This document shows, in pieces, positions 34,278 through 45,750 of a DNA stretch of 64,000 bases. Source of the stretch: an uncultured Lachnospiraceae bacterium (lineage in GTDB: Bacteria > Bacillota > Clostridia > Christensenellales > UBA1242); NCBI GenBank assembly GCA_964594865.1, contig CAZQMZ010000002.1, forward strand, positions 1,607 to 65,606, in the 5' to 3' direction. The position numbers and the translations under genes were made by a program. Numbering within the stretch: position 1 is the stretch's first letter; each line of letters begins with the position of its first letter. Below the pieces are notes generated by a model. That model did no database searches and was not told the origin of the DNA. It saw nothing but the letters and a program-made list of their open reading frames with translations.

Positions 34278-36356
34278 ATGGCTACCGATTTAACTATGGT
34301 ACGTAATGTCGGCATCATGGCTCACATTGACGCAGGGAAAACCACAACCACAGAACGTATTTTGTTCTATACCGGCAAAAATCATAAGATTGGCGAAGTT
34401 CATGACGGCGAAGCAACAATGGACTGGATGGCGCAAGAACAAGAACGCGGAATCACCATCACTTCAGCCTGCACAACTTGCCAATGGAAAGGACATAAAA
34501 TCAACATCATCGACACACCAGGTCACGTGGACTTCACTGTCGAAGTTGAGCGTTCTTTGAAGGTGCTTGATGGCGCTGTGCTTGTGCTTTCTGCTCGTGA
34601 CAGAGTTCAACCACAAACCGAAACAGTTTGGCGTCAATCGTCAAAATATAAAGTGCCAACAATCATCTATGTCAACAAAATGGACAGAGATGCTGCCGAT
34701 TTTTATGGTTGTATTGATTCAATTAAAGAAAGATTGAAGACAAATCCGCTTGCCATCCAAATGCCTATTGGTGAAGCAGACACTTTCAGTGGAATCATCG
34801 ATCTTATGACGATGAAAGCGGAAGTCTATGAAGACGATTTGGGAACAAAAATCGACATCGTTGAAATTCCAGAAGAATATAAAGCAAAAGCTCAAAAACT
34901 TCACGACGAAATGGTGGAAAAAATTGTTGAAACTGACGATGCTTTGCTTGAAAAATTCTTTGAAGGAGAAGAAATCTCCATCGACGAACTCAAAAAAGCA
35001 CTCCGGGCTGCAACAATTTCGCGTGCAGTTGTGCCTGTGCTTTGCGGTTCTTCATATAAAAATAAAGGTGTGCAAATGCTTTTGGATGCCATGGTGGAAC
35101 TTCTTCCAAGTCCACTTGACATCGACCACATCGAAGGAGTAAATCCAGAAACTGGCGAGTCAGAAACAAGAGCACCAAGCGAAGATGCTCCACTTGCTGG
35201 ACTTGCGTTCAAAATCATGACGGACCCATTTGTTGGTCGTCTTGCGTTCTTCCGCGTTTATTCTGGAAAGTTGACTGCGGGATCTTATGTATACAACTCC
35301 AACAAGGGTGAGAAAGAGCGTGTTGGTCGACTTATTAGAATGCATGCCAATCAAAGAGAAGAAATCAAAGAAGTTGGCGCGGGCGATATCGCTGCCATTG
35401 TTGGCTTGAAAGACACCATCACAGGAGAAACACTTTGTGACGAAAAGCATCCAATTGTGTTGGAAAGCATGGATTTCGCTGATCCTGTCATCAGCATGTC
35501 GATTGAACCAAAAACCAAACTTATGCAAGAAAAAATGGTGCTTGCACTCATCAAATTGGCGGAAGAAGACCCAACTTTCAAGACATACACCGATCAAGAG
35601 ACAGGGCAAACAATCATTGCTGGTATGGGCGAACTTCACCTTGAAATCATCGTTGACAGACTTCTTCGTGAATTCAAAGTGGAAGCAAATGTCGGCAAAC
35701 CACAAGTTGCATACAAAGAAACAATCCGCAAACCTGCCAGAGCGGAAGGCAAATTCATTCGCCAAAGCGGTGGTAAGGGACAGTATGGTCACTGTATCAT
35801 CGACATCGAACCACTTCCAGCTGGGTCGGGCTATCAATTTGAAGACAAAACCGTGGGCGGATCCATTCCAAAAGAATACATCCAACCAATTAACAATGGA
35901 ATTCAAGAAGCAAGCAAAAACGGCGTCATTGCTGGATATGAAACCGTTGACTTCAAAGTCACAGTCATTGATGGTTCATATCACGAAGTGGACTCTTCCG
36001 AAATGGCGTTCAAAATTGCTGGATCAATGGCATTTAAAGACGGCGCATTGAAGGCAAATCCTGTTCTTCTTGAACCTGTGATGAAGGTGCAAGTTGAAGT
36101 CCCTGATGAATATCTTGGAACAGTTATGGGCAACCTCACTTCTCGTCGCGGAATTTTGACAGGAAATGAAACAAGACCGGGTGTGCAAATTGTCAATGCC
36201 GAAGTTCCACTTGGAGAAATGTTTGGCTATGCCACCGACCTTCGTTCTCAAACACAAGGACGCGGAACCTTCACAATGGAATTTTTGAAATATTCAGAAG
36301 TTCCAAAGAACATCGCTGAAACCATTGTTGGACAGAGAAAGAAAGAAGCAAAATAA
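34278..36356 (+). CDS. fusA: elongation factor G
   Basis: [22 protein letters not shown]-domain motifs. 692 aa. Confidence 0.97.
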   Translation: MATDLTMVRNVGIMAHIDAGKTTTTERILFYTGKNHKIGEVHDGEATMDWMAQEQERGITITSACTTCQWKGHKINIIDTPGHVDFTVEVERSLKVLDGAVLVLSARDRVQPQTETVWRQSSKYKVPTIIYVNKMDRDAADFYGCIDSIKERLKTNPLAIQMPIGEADTFSGIIDLMTMKAEVYEDDLGTKIDIVEIPEEYKAKAQKLHDEMVEKIVETDDALLEKFFEGEEISIDELKKALRAATISRAVVPVLCGSSYKNKGVQMLLDAMVELLPSPLDIDHIEGVNPETGESETRAPSEDAPLAGLAFKIMTDPFVGRLAFFRVYSGKLTAGSYVYNSNKGEKERVGRLIRMHANQREEIKEVGAGDIAAIVGLKDTITGETLCDEKHPIVLESMDFADPVISMSIEPKTKLMQEKMVLALIKLAEEDPTFKTYTDQETGQTIIAGMGELHLEIIVDRLLREFKVEANVGKPQVAYKETIRKPARAEGKFIRQSGGKGQYGHCIIDIEPLPAGSGYQFEDKTVGGSIPKEYIQPINNGIQEASKNGVIAGYETVDFKVTVIDGSYHEVDSSEMAFKIAGSMAFKDGALKANPVLLEPVMKVQVEVPDEYLGTVMGNLTSRRGILTGNETRPGVQIVNAEVPLGEMFGYATDLRSQTQGRGTFTMEFLKYSEVPKNIAETIVGQRKKEAK

Positions 36357-36458
36357 TTTCAAAAAAAATTGAAAAACATCTTAAAATCGTTTTGAGATTA
36401 AAAAAAAATATGATAAAATGTCATAGTAGACAAAAAAAAGAAAAAGGAGAAATATAAA

Positions 36459-37661
36459 ATGGCTACAGGTAAATATGATAACACCAAACCACACGTTAAC
36501 GTTGGAACAATCGGACACGTTGACCATGGCAAGACCACCCTTACTGCTGCCATCACTATGTATAGTGCTGCAAAGGGTTATGCTCAAAAAATGAGATATG
36601 ATGAAATTGACAAGGCCCCAGAAGAAAAGGCTCGTGGAATCACAATCAACACAGCACACGTTGAGTATCAAACAGACAAACGTCACTATGCTCACGTTGA
36701 CTGCCCGGGACACGCTGACTATGTTAAGAACATGATCACAGGTGCTGCTCAAATGGATGGTGCCATCCTTGTTGTTGCTGCAACTGACGGTCCAATGCCT
36801 CAAACAAGAGAACACATCTTGCTTGCAAGACAGGTTGGAGTTCCATATATCGTTGTGTTCATGAACAAAACTGATCAAGTTGACGACCCAGAACTTCTTG
36901 ATCTTGTTGAAATGGAAATCCGTGAACTTTTGTCAGAATATGGATTCCCAGGGGACGACACTCCAATCATCAAAGGTTCAGCTCTCAAAGCTTTGGAAGC
37001 TGCTCAAGCAGGAAATGTGACAGATCCATCTTGCGCTTGCGTTCAAGAACTTTTGGATGCATTGGATTCATACATCCCAGAACCAGAAAGAGACACAGAC
37101 AAACCTTTCCTTATGCCAATTGAAGACGTGTTCACAATCACAGGTCGTGGAACAGTTGCAACAGGCAGAATTGAAAGAGGAAAAATTAAGGTCAACGACG
37201 TTGTTGAAATCGTTGGTATGGGCGCAAAGAAACAAACAGTTGTCACTGGCGTTGAAATGTTCAGAAAGACAGTTGACGAAGGTATCGCAGGATACAATGT
37301 CGGCATTCTTCTTCGCGGAATTCAAAGAACAGAAATCGAAAGAGGTCAAGTTCTTTGCAAACCAGGTTCAATTAACCCACACACAAAATTCACTGCAGAA
37401 GTGTATGTTTTGAAGAAAGAAGAAGGTGGACGTCACACACCATTCTTCAATGGATATAGACCACAATTCTATTTCAGAACAACTGACGTAACCGGAACAA
37501 TTGAACTTGAAAAAGGCGTTGAAATGGTTATGCCTGGTGACAATGTCAGAATGACAATCACTTTGAACAAAGAAATCGCCATCGAACAAGGACTTCGTTT
37601 CGCTATCCGTGAAGGTGGCAGAACTGTTGGTTCTGGTGTTGTTGCATCAATCATTGAATAA
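36459..37661 (+). CDS. tuf: elongation factor Tu
   Basis: [21 protein letters not shown] motifs. 400 aa. Confidence 0.98.
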   Translation: MATGKYDNTKPHVNVGTIGHVDHGKTTLTAAITMYSAAKGYAQKMRYDEIDKAPEEKARGITINTAHVEYQTDKRHYAHVDCPGHADYVKNMITGAAQMDGAILVVAATDGPMPQTREHILLARQVGVPYIVVFMNKTDQVDDPELLDLVEMEIRELLSEYGFPGDDTPIIKGSALKALEAAQAGNVTDPSCACVQELLDALDSYIPEPERDTDKPFLMPIEDVFTITGRGTVATGRIERGKIKVNDVVEIVGMGAKKQTVVTGVEMFRKTVDEGIAGYNVGILLRGIQRTEIERGQVLCKPGSINPHTKFTAEVYVLKKEEGGRHTPFFNGYRPQFYFRTTDVTGTIELEKGVEMVMPGDNVRMTITLNKEIAIEQGLRFAIREGGRTVGSGVVASIIE

Positions 37662-37711
37662 TTGAGTTTATCAAAAAAATAAGTTTTGTGATATACACTA
37701 AAATAAAAAAT

Positions 37712-37748
37712 AAAAAAAGGCCATTTTCCGCTGGTGGTCTTTTTTTTA
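37712..37748 (+). terminator. intrinsic terminator after tuf
   Basis: GGCCA..TGGTC stem with inner CC/GG pairs, followed by T8. Confidence 0.7.
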
Positions 37749-37929
37749 CAATTTTTTGATTAAGAAAAAATGTGAAAAAACAACCATAAGATAGGTCGTT
37801 GAAATTGATAAAAAACAACTTTTCAAATGATAAGACTTTTGTTAATAGGGAGTGAGTGATTAAAAAAGTGACAATTTTTTGCCACTTTTTTTGTTTACTT
37901 TTATGATAGATAAGTTTGTTTTATACATT

Positions 37930-37971
37930 ACGTTTTATAACTTAAAGAAAACGTTTTATAATTTAAAGAAA
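37930..37971. repeat. 21-bp tandem direct repeat x2 (ACGTTTTATAA[C/T]TTAAAGAAA)
   Basis: Two adjacent copies with one mismatch, in the gap between convergent tuf and the aminopeptidase gene. Confidence 0.9.
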
Positions 37972-38026
37972 GAATTTATATGAGTTTCTGCAAGAAAAGG
38001 ATTGATCTGGTTGCAATTGCCATTTT

Positions 38027-39445
38027 TTACTTCATATCTTTCAAAAAGGCTTTGTAGAAAAGATAAGCGTGATAGACATCAAGCTTTGATGACACTTCCC
38101 ATGGTGCGTGCATGGAGAGAAGTGGAATGCCGGCGTCAATGACATTCATGCCATATTCCGCCAAAATGTAGGCGATTGTTCCACCGCCACCTTGGTCAAC
38201 TTTGCCCATTTCGGTGAACTGATAGAAAAGTTTGTTGTCGTCTAAAATTTTGCGGAGTCGGGCGATGTATTCAGGCGAGGCATCGTTTGAACCACTTTTT
38301 CCGCGAGCACCGGTATATTTATTGAACGAAAGTCCGCACGCCAAGAAGGCATCCGTTTGAACGTTGTATGACGATGCCCATGTTGGATCATATCCTGCTG
38401 TGACATCACTGGAAATCATGTTGGAATTATTTAGACATCTTTTGAGTTTAAGTTCGCTGTATTCACCCATGAGATTGATAACTTCCGCGACCATATTTTC
38501 AAAGAAACGGCTCTTCATGCCAGTTGCACCATAGCTTCCAATTTCTTCCTTGTCCACCAAAAGACAAACGGCGGTGCGCTTTGGATTTTCACATTCCAAA
38601 ATAGCTTGCAAAGATGTGTAGGAGCAGGAGCGGTCATCTTGGCCATAACCGACAATCATCGAACGATCCAACCCCATGTCGCGCGCTTTGCCCGCCGGGA
38701 CAATTTCAAGTTCGGCACTGATCAAATCATCTTCTTCAATGTTGTGCGAAGAAAGAATGTTACGCAAGTTTTCAATGACAATTTCGTGCTTTTCGCTCTC
38801 ATTTTTGAAAGACATGTTTCCAACAATCACGTCCAACTGTTCACCACTGACTTCTTCGGTCGATTTTTCTTTTTTGAGATGTGGAAGAAGGTCGGAGATA
38901 TAGAAAACAGGGTCGTTCTCATTTTCGCCAATGTTCACTTTGATGACAGTGCCATCCTTCTTCACCACCACACCGTGCATGGCAAGGGGCATGGTCACCC
39001 ATTGATATTTTTTGATTCCGCCATAATAATGCGTGTCGAAAAGACAAAATCCATTTTTTTCATAAAGTGGTGAAGATTTCAAATCAAGGCGCGGGCTGTC
39101 GATGTGTGCACCAAGAATGTTTAAACCGTTTTCCAAATCGTCTGTGCCAATCACAAACATGACAATCGATTTGTCTTGGATGACGGCATAAACTTTGTCG
39201 CCAGCTTTGAGTTTTGTTTTCTTTTTGATGGCATCTTTCAAATTTATAAACCCATGTTTTTTTGCTTCACTGACAGCAAACTCCAAACATTCACGCTCTG
39301 TTTTGTTGTTTGATATGAAAGTTTTGTATCCTTCTGTGAAATCAAAAATCTTTTTCTTACTTTTTTCATCGCAAAGGCACCACTTGTTTTTTACCCTTGA
39401 CACTTTTTCTAATTTATTTTCAATTTTATTGTTTTTTGTTGCCAT
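38027..39445 (-). CDS. M18-family aminopeptidase
   Basis: LGAHIDSPRLDLK motif, 472 aa. SD AAAGGAG on the minus strand. Confidence 0.85.
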   Translation of the reverse strand: MATKNNKIENKLEKVSRVKNKWCLCDEKSKKKIFDFTEGYKTFISNNKTERECLEFAVSEAKKHGFINLKDAIKKKTKLKAGDKVYAVIQDKSIVMFVIGTDDLENGLNILGAHIDSPRLDLKSSPLYEKNGFCLFDTHYYGGIKKYQWVTMPLAMHGVVVKKDGTVIKVNIGENENDPVFYISDLLPHLKKEKSTEEVSGEQLDVIVGNMSFKNESEKHEIVIENLRNILSSHNIEEDDLISAELEIVPAGKARDMGLDRSMIVGYGQDDRSCSYTSLQAILECENPKRTAVCLLVDKEEIGSYGATGMKSRFFENMVAEVINLMGEYSELKLKRCLNNSNMISSDVTAGYDPTWASSYNVQTDAFLACGLSFNKYTGARGKSGSNDASPEYIARLRKILDDNKLFYQFTEMGKVDQGGGGTIAYILAEYGMNVIDAGIPLLSMHAPWEVSSKLDVYHAYLFYKAFLKDMK

Positions 39446-39563
39446 TTTTCACTCCTTTGATTTATTCTATCACAAATTTTTTCCTTAAGCAAACTTATTT
39501 GTAAAACATTTTGATTTTTTGCGTTTTTATGTTAAAATATCCTTAATTGAGGTGATTTAAAAT

Positions 39564-39932
39564 ATGGGACTTATGAATTATATATATCGAATTTTTGGGT
39601 TTGAAAGTGATGATGTGAAGGTGGTGAAGAAAAAACAATCGACCACCAAGGCATCATACAATCTCAAACTCACACAAAAATTGCCGGACGAAATTGACGG
39701 GGTGAGAGTGTTTTATCCAGAATTTTTCGACGATTGCAAAGATAAAACAGAATTATTGAAGAAAAATACACCGTTTTTTATCGATTTTCGAGCTTGTTCT
39801 TCTGCCGAAAAAAATAAAATTTTGGACTATTATCAAGGCGTCATTGATGTTTTGGGTGCAAAAATTGAATATGTTGACAAAAATTTGTATATTTTTTTGC
39901 CCAAAAATATGGAAATTGAAAAAGAAGATTGA
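39564..39932 (+). CDS. sepF: SepF-like cell division protein
   Basis: N-terminal amphipathic MGLMNYIYRIFGF. C-terminal pattern V.VFYPEFFDDCK...PFFIDF......KILDYYQGVIDVLGAKIEYVDKNLYIFLPKNMEI resembles the SepF core. Confidence 0.55.
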   Translation: MGLMNYIYRIFGFESDDVKVVKKKQSTTKASYNLKLTQKLPDEIDGVRVFYPEFFDDCKDKTELLKKNTPFFIDFRACSSAEKNKILDYYQGVIDVLGAKIEYVDKNLYIFLPKNMEIEKED

Positions 39933-39991
39933 TTTTTGTCAAAAAAAATGATAAAAAAAACAAAAAAATGTGAAATTATAAGGAATTTGTT

Positions 39992-40621
39992 GTGAAAAAA
40001 GAAACGAAAATCAAAATTTGTGTGCTTACGATCATTATTGTTGCAATTTTGGCGTTGGATTTGACGACAAAGTATCTTTTGGACGCAAATCTTGAATATG
40101 GACAAATTTACACCATCATTCCATATCTTTTTAACTTCAAAGTGGTCTATAACGACGGGGCAGCATGGGGCGTTTTGTCTGGAAAACAAGTTTTTTTGAT
40201 TGTCATCAGTTTGTTGTTTCTCTTCATCTTTTCTTTCTATTATGTAAAAGAAAAAAATAAGACTTGGCTTTTGACGGTGGCGTATGCCTTTTTGGTTGGC
40301 GGTTGTCTTGGCAATCTCTATGATCGCATAGTGATCAGATATGTCCGCGACTTCATTCAATTTGATTTTTGGCAAAGTTTTCCGGTCTTCAATTTCGCCG
40401 ATGTCTTCTTGACTTTTGGAATTGTTCTGTTTGTCATATACTTGATAGTCTATTTTGTCAAAAACAAAAGTAATGAAAAAACTGTCAAAAATTCACAGGG
40501 AGATGATGTCATAAAATTTGAAGATTTCAGAGAAAATGATGAGGAAAATTTGGAAAAGAAAGGTTCTCACTCTTCAAAGAAAAAATCAAATAAAAAATCT
40601 GGGGATGATGAAGATGTTTGA
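39992..40621 (+). CDS. lspA: lipoprotein signal peptidase II with a charged C-terminal extension
   Basis: YNDGAAWG and FNFADVF motifs. GTG start. Followed by rluD, as in other Firmicutes. Confidence 0.9.
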   Translation: MKKETKIKICVLTIIIVAILALDLTTKYLLDANLEYGQIYTIIPYLFNFKVVYNDGAAWGVLSGKQVFLIVISLLFLFIFSFYYVKEKNKTWLLTVAYAFLVGGCLGNLYDRIVIRYVRDFIQFDFWQSFPVFNFADVFLTFGIVLFVIYLIVYFVKNKSNEKTVKNSQGDDVIKFEDFRENDEENLEKKGSHSSKKKSNKKSGDDEDV

Positions 40622-41513
40622 AAATTTTGTTATTTCAAAAGAAGATGTTGGGACAAGATTGGATGTCTTTCTCTTGAAAAAATTTCCTGATTTTTCGCGG
40701 TCATATATAAAAAATCTTATTGAAAATTGTTCTGTCATTGTCAATGGGCAGAAGGATGTCAAAGCGGGGTTGAAACTGAAAGCAGATATGAAAATTGAAG
40801 TTGAAATCAAACCACCAGAAAAAATTTCTGCTGACGGCGAAGACATTCCACTTGACATCGTTTTTGAAGATGAAGATTTGATTGTCATCAACAAACCGCA
40901 GGGGTTGGTGGTGCATCCGTGTGCGTCCACAAAACATGGAACTCTTGTCAACGCACTTCTTTTTCATGTCAAAGATTTGAGTGGAATCAATGGCAATCTC
41001 AGACCGGGCATTGTTCATCGGTTGGATAAGGACACAAGCGGGCTTTTGGTGGTTGCAAAAAACGATTTTTCTCACAGAATTTTGGCAGAACAGATCAAAA
41101 ACAAAACTTGTCATCGTCACTATTTGGCACTTTTGGAAGGGAATTTGAAAGACGATTTTGGTCGCGTGGAAACATACATCAAAAGGGACCAAAAAGACCG
41201 AAAAAAGATGAGTGTGCAATCTTCTGGAAGACTTGCTGTGACAGATTATAATGTGATTGAACGCTTTGAGAAACATTGTCTTGTCGAGTTTGTTTTGCAG
41301 ACAGGGCGAACACATCAAATTCGAGTACACGCTAAATTTTTGCATCATGCGGTCGTTGGAGACAAGGTTTATGGGCATGAAGTTAAGGGTTTGGACGGTC
41401 AACTTTTGCACGCATACAAACTTTCATTCACACATCCAAGAACAGGGAAAGAGATGACTTTTGAAGTTCCACTTCCCGACTATTTTGAAAAATTTATTCA
41501 AAAAATTCGATGA
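40614..41513 (+). CDS. rluD: 23S rRNA pseudouridine synthase, RluD subfamily
   Basis: S4 domain (RLDVFL), HRLDKDTSGLLVVAK catalytic Asp motif, GRTHQIRVH. 8-nt overlap with lspA. Confidence 0.9.
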   Translation: MFENFVISKEDVGTRLDVFLLKKFPDFSRSYIKNLIENCSVIVNGQKDVKAGLKLKADMKIEVEIKPPEKISADGEDIPLDIVFEDEDLIVINKPQGLVVHPCASTKHGTLVNALLFHVKDLSGINGNLRPGIVHRLDKDTSGLLVVAKNDFSHRILAEQIKNKTCHRHYLALLEGNLKDDFGRVETYIKRDQKDRKKMSVQSSGRLAVTDYNVIERFEKHCLVEFVLQTGRTHQIRVHAKFLHHAVVGDKVYGHEVKGLDGQLLHAYKLSFTHPRTGKEMTFEVPLPDYFEKFIQKIR

Positions 41514-41563
41514 AATTTATAAAAAACATTTATAAAAAAATAGAATGAAAAAGGATTTTTAGA

Positions 41564-42118
41564 ATGATTTATTTTGTAAGACACGGACAAACAAATGATA
41601 ATTTGAAATTCATAATTTCAGGCTCCAATCGAGATGTCTCTTTAAACGAAAATGGAAAGAAACAGGCAAAACAAACTGCTGAAAAATTGAAAGACGTCAA
41701 AATTGACATATGTTTTTGTTCACCTATGAAAAGAGCAAAACAAACTGCAAAAGAGATTTTAAAGTTTCACAAGAATGTTCCAATTTTTTTTGACGAAAGA
41801 ATCAAGGAGAGAAATTTTGGCATGCTTGATGGTGTCGTTGACGAAAATGGCATTCTTTACTCAAAAAATTGGGACATGAAACTTGACTTAACTGTGACCG
41901 GCATGGAAACTATTGACGAAATTTATAATCGAGTGAAAAGTTTTTATGACGAAATTTTGAAGAAATATCCTGACAAAAACATTCTTGTTGTTGCACACAA
42001 TGGCATTGCAAGAGTTTCTTGTTGTTATTTTTATGGATTTCCTGAAAATGGAAATTTGAATATTTATGAAGTCGACAATTCTGAAATCAAAGTTTTTGAT
42101 AAGGTGAAATCGGTTTGA
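41564..42118 (+). CDS. histidine phosphatase family protein
   Basis: YFVRHGQTNDN (RHG motif) and a later VVAHNG motif. Confidence 0.8.
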   Translation: MIYFVRHGQTNDNLKFIISGSNRDVSLNENGKKQAKQTAEKLKDVKIDICFCSPMKRAKQTAKEILKFHKNVPIFFDERIKERNFGMLDGVVDENGILYSKNWDMKLDLTVTGMETIDEIYNRVKSFYDEILKKYPDKNILVVAHNGIARVSCCYFYGFPENGNLNIYEVDNSEIKVFDKVKSV

Positions 42119-42197
42119 GATGAGTGCTTTAAATAAATATTCTCGATGAAAATCGTCGAAAAAACTGTGAAAAATAGGTGAATTTTTGCGTAAATGC

Positions 42198-42226
42198 TTG
42201 ACATATACGCAATTTTTTGATATAAT
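42198..42226 (+). promoter_or_regulatory. consensus promoter of the rplU operon
   Basis: TTGACA (42198-42203), 17 nt, TATAAT (42221-42226). Confidence 0.8.
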
Positions 42227-42232
42227 GGGCAG

Positions 42233-42300
42233 GTATCCGCATGTGTTGGGTTGAAGTGTGCTTTGTCACCACCTAACGACAGCGAGTTTGGATAGAGGAG
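42233..42300 (+). promoter_or_regulatory. 5' leader of rplU (possible L21-type ribosomal protein leader)
   Basis: About 80-nt GC-richer leader between the promoter and SD GAGGAGG, at the position where an L21 leader is described in Firmicutes. The fold was not verified. Confidence 0.4.
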
Positions 42301-42308
42301 GTATAGTT

Positions 42309-42617
42309 ATGTTTGCAATTGTTCAAACAGGTGGAAAGCAATATAACGTCACAGAAAACGACACCATCAAAGTTGAAAAACTTGAAAAAGCTGTTGGTGA
42401 CAAAGTTGCGTTGGAAGTGCTTTTGGTTTCTGATGGAAACAAAACTGTTGCTGGAACACCAACCGTGAAATCGGCAGAAGTGGTTGCTCAAGTGCTTGCT
42501 CATGGCAAAGGCGAAAAAATTGTTGTTTTCAAATATAAGCCAAAGAAAAACGAGCGTAAAAAACAAGGTCACAGACAACCATGGACAGAACTTAAAATTG
42601 TTTCAATCAAAATGTAA
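42309..42617 (+). CDS. rplU: 50S ribosomal protein L21
   Basis: MFAIVQTGGKQY N-terminus. 102 aa. Confidence 0.95.
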   Translation: MFAIVQTGGKQYNVTENDTIKVEKLEKAVGDKVALEVLLVSDGNKTVAGTPTVKSAEVVAQVLAHGKGEKIVVFKYKPKKNERKKQGHRQPWTELKIVSIKM

Positions 42618-42629
42618 TTAAAAAAAAGA

Positions 42630-42965
42630 ATGAAGATTGATATGACAAAAATATTGATTTTTGAGAAAAAAAACAAAATTTATGCTTTCCAAGTGAAAGG
42701 GCACACTGGATATGCGGAAGAGGGGAACGACATCGTTTGCTCAGCAATTTCAACCGCAACACAAATGGCTCTTTTGGGGCTTGAAGAAGTTTTGAAACTG
42801 AATGTCAAAAGTGAAATCAAAGACGGTTTTATGTATGTCAGTTTGGAAGATTTTGACAATGTGTCTGCACAAAGCATTCTTCAAACCATGAAAAAAACTT
42901 TGGAAAACATTGCGAAGGAATACGCAAAATTTGTTAAATTGGAGGTGAAGAAAGATGTTTATTAA
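42630..42965 (+). CDS. prp: ribosomal-processing cysteine protease Prp
   Basis: [18 protein letters not shown] motif. Position between rplU and rpmA. Confidence 0.85.
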   Translation: MKIDMTKILIFEKKNKIYAFQVKGHTGYAEEGNDIVCSAISTATQMALLGLEEVLKLNVKSEIKDGFMYVSLEDFDNVSAQSILQTMKKTLENIAKEYAKFVKLEVKKDVY

Positions 42966-43230
42966 TTTACAACTCTTTGCTCATAAGAAAGGTGGCGGAA
43001 GCACCAAAAACGGAAGAGATAGCCAAAGCAAACGTCTTGGTGTCAAGGCATATGCTGGTGAAGCTGTCACAGCTGGCTCAATCATTTTGAGACAACGTGG
43101 CACAAAGGTGTATCCGGGCACAAATGTTGGGCTTGGGAAAGACTATACGCTCTTTGCACTCAAAGACGGCAAAGTGGTGTTTGGAAAGAGTAATGGCAAA
43201 AACGTTGTGTCTGTCATTGCAGAGGGCTGA
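42955..43230 (+). CDS. rpmA: 50S ribosomal protein L27 with N-terminal propeptide
   Basis: [23 protein letters not shown]: a Firmicutes-type cleavable extension before the AHKKG core. Confidence 0.95.
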   Translation: MFINLQLFAHKKGGGSTKNGRDSQSKRLGVKAYAGEAVTAGSIILRQRGTKVYPGTNVGLGKDYTLFALKDGKVVFGKSNGKNVVSVIAEG

Positions 43231-43275
43231 GCGCCCTTTTTTCATTTATAAAACTTTTTTCGTTGGAAGTGTTTG

Positions 43276-44124
43276 ATGAAATATGTTCTAAATTCATACA
43301 ACATTGAGATTTTTGGCAAAGAAGACTTTTCTCCGTCGCACATTTTGGAGTGTGGACAGATTTTTTCATATAAGAAATTGGAAGATTGTTGGCAGGTGTT
43401 TTCAGGCGATAAAATGGCGAAAATCTATGAAAAAGAGAGTGGTTTTGTCATTGAAACGGATGACGTTCAATATTTCGAGAAATTTTTTGACCTGAAAACT
43501 GATTATGGAGCGCTGAAAAAACAGTTGGGAAAGTTTGAAATCTTGGCTGAGCCAATCAAGTTTGGATATGGAATAAGAATTTTGAAGCAAAATTTGTTTG
43601 AAACGCTCATCTCATTCATCGTGTCTGCAAACAACAACATCAAACGCATTCAAATGATTTTGGGACGTATGCGGGAAAAATTAGGGACGAATATGGGCGA
43701 ATATCACGCCTTTCCAACTCGCGAACAGCTGCTTGTGGCTGACGAAAAGTTCTTCACTGATATCGGTGCGGGGTATCGCGATAAATATCTGTTCAAAGTG
43801 CTCAGACAGGTTGATGAAGAAACTCTTGAAAAGTGGCGGGACCTGCCAACAAAAGAACTTCGTTCAAAATTGATTGCACTTGCGGGTGTGGGGCCAAAAG
43901 TTGCCGACTGCGTGCTTTTGTTTGGATATGGGCGCACAGATGTCTTTCCGGTTGACACTTGGATTGAAAAGATGTATCACAAATTTTATGATAAATTTCA
44001 TTTGAAAGATGCCAAAACTTTGACAAGAGAACAAATACGGAAAAATTTGACCGAAGAATTTGAAAATTTATCCGGTTTTGCACAACAATATTTGTTTTTT
44101 TTCATGAGATCGGGAGAAATTTGA
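43276..44124 (+). CDS. ogg: 8-oxoguanine DNA glycosylase (OGG1-type, HhH-GPD)
   Basis: GVGPKVADCVLLFGYG..VFPVDTW motif with catalytic Lys and Asp. Confidence 0.8.
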   Translation: MKYVLNSYNIEIFGKEDFSPSHILECGQIFSYKKLEDCWQVFSGDKMAKIYEKESGFVIETDDVQYFEKFFDLKTDYGALKKQLGKFEILAEPIKFGYGIRILKQNLFETLISFIVSANNNIKRIQMILGRMREKLGTNMGEYHAFPTREQLLVADEKFFTDIGAGYRDKYLFKVLRQVDEETLEKWRDLPTKELRSKLIALAGVGPKVADCVLLFGYGRTDVFPVDTWIEKMYHKFYDKFHLKDAKTLTREQIRKNLTEEFENLSGFAQQYLFFFMRSGEI

Positions 44125-44207
44125 ATAATTTTGAAGATTTTTTTACAAAAAGTATTGCAAAAATCACAAATATGTGATAAAATGTATACGAAAAAGGGAG
44201 GTAAGAT

Positions 44208-45686
44208 ATGAAAAAACCTAAAAAATTACTTAAAAAAATTGCAACACTTGCAATTTCACTGGGTATTTCTGTTACCATTGCTTTTAGCTTTGCTGGATGT
44301 GTATCAGACGTGAAGCAAACACAGGACCCTAATATCGATCAAACTATCATCACACCAGAAGATCCAACACTAGAAACTCCAACACCAGAAACTCCAAGTG
44401 ATGGTGGAACTGTTGTTGAAGAGCCAAGCGATGAATCAACTGAAGAAATGACAATGGAAGAAGCGATTGGGAAGGTTGAAGAATTTACATCGTCTATATC
44501 ACAAGGCAATTTCACATATTTTATGGGAGACAGTATTGTATATAGTTTCGACGGCGACACAGTAGCACTGTCGCAAGATGGTGATGTGACATATTTTGTC
44601 TATGAAGATGGCGTAAACTATGCAATCACATATGATAATGACGAAGAAGTTTGGTATAAAAATGTCACGGAAGAATTTGATGTATCCGCGGCAGTCGGTG
44701 AGCTTGTTTCAGACATTGTTTCCATAAGTTACTCTGATTATGACGCAGAAAACAACTTATTGTATGGTATGATTCAAGAAAGAATTTCCGCTGTTGTTCA
44801 AGTTACAGACAGCAAACTAACAATTGAATTTGCTGGTCGAACATCTGTATTCACCAGTGTGGGAACAACAACGGTCAGCCTTCCAGAGAACGTCGTTGAA
44901 GCCGAAACCAAGAGCATATACACAATTGATTCAGAAGGCAACTATGTTTTTGATATTGCAGCAATCAACGAAGTGCTTGAGCCATGGGTTAAAGGCGACA
45001 ATCAGTTTGGCAAAAATATTATTGAAGCAAAATACGGATCTAGTTATCCTGTTACTGTGAAAAAGGTGCTATATATAAATGCCAGTGAGGACGAAATTGC
45101 TTTTGGAGTGTTGTTTTATGATGATGACGGTGCTCCAGAGTATATGGAGCTTTATATTAGGGATGACACATTATATAATGGAATTAAAGACGGAAGCATT
45201 GTCACTCAAGAAGATTTCAAAGAATGCTTAAATTCAATCGACAGACCAGCAAAAATTGGAGCTAATGTAGGTGGTGAAGTATTGGAATACACAACTTTTG
45301 ATGATGACTATGCAAGCGAACATCAAGAAGAGTTTGAAAAATTGACAGAAAGAGTTTTTGAGAAAGCGGGCGTGACTGTTGACAAGATATATTTTGGTTT
45401 CAAAGGCCCTACAGAAGGAACTTACGCAAGTTCGACTTATGGATATGGTACTGGTTGGTATCAATATTATTTGGTGGAAGTGGACGGACAAATGCAATTT
45501 TTGCAATTCCGTATTTCAGCATCAGTCTATCCATCATTAGGAGCAGGAAATGCAATTGGCAATGTGCTTGAGGATACAGATTATTGGGGTACTTCTCTCA
45601 GATCTACGAAAGAAATTGACAATGGAAATGAAGCTCTTTATTCATTAACAACTTCACTTTTGGAAACAACAGACCTTTCAAAATAA
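44208..45686 (+). CDS. large acidic lipoprotein, unknown function
   Basis: Signal peptide with lipobox FAGC, then a Pro/Thr/Glu linker. SD AGGGAGG. Confidence 0.6.
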   Translation: MKKPKKLLKKIATLAISLGISVTIAFSFAGCVSDVKQTQDPNIDQTIITPEDPTLETPTPETPSDGGTVVEEPSDESTEEMTMEEAIGKVEEFTSSISQGNFTYFMGDSIVYSFDGDTVALSQDGDVTYFVYEDGVNYAITYDNDEEVWYKNVTEEFDVSAAVGELVSDIVSISYSDYDAENNLLYGMIQERISAVVQVTDSKLTIEFAGRTSVFTSVGTTTVSLPENVVEAETKSIYTIDSEGNYVFDIAAINEVLEPWVKGDNQFGKNIIEAKYGSSYPVTVKKVLYINASEDEIAFGVLFYDDDGAPEYMELYIRDDTLYNGIKDGSIVTQEDFKECLNSIDRPAKIGANVGGEVLEYTTFDDDYASEHQEEFEKLTERVFEKAGVTVDKIYFGFKGPTEGTYASSTYGYGTGWYQYYLVEVDGQMQFLQFRISASVYPSLGAGNAIGNVLEDTDYWGTSLRSTKEIDNGNEALYSLTTSLLETTDLSK

Positions 45687-45694
45687 GAAAAAAG

Positions 45695-45727
45695 ACAAGG
45701 AATGGTGAAAATTCCTTGTTTTTTTTT
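45695..45727 (+). terminator. intrinsic terminator
   Basis: ACAAGGAAT / ATTCCTTGT stem plus T9. Confidence 0.85.
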
Positions 45728-45750
45728 GTTGTTTGTGATATCATATAGAC

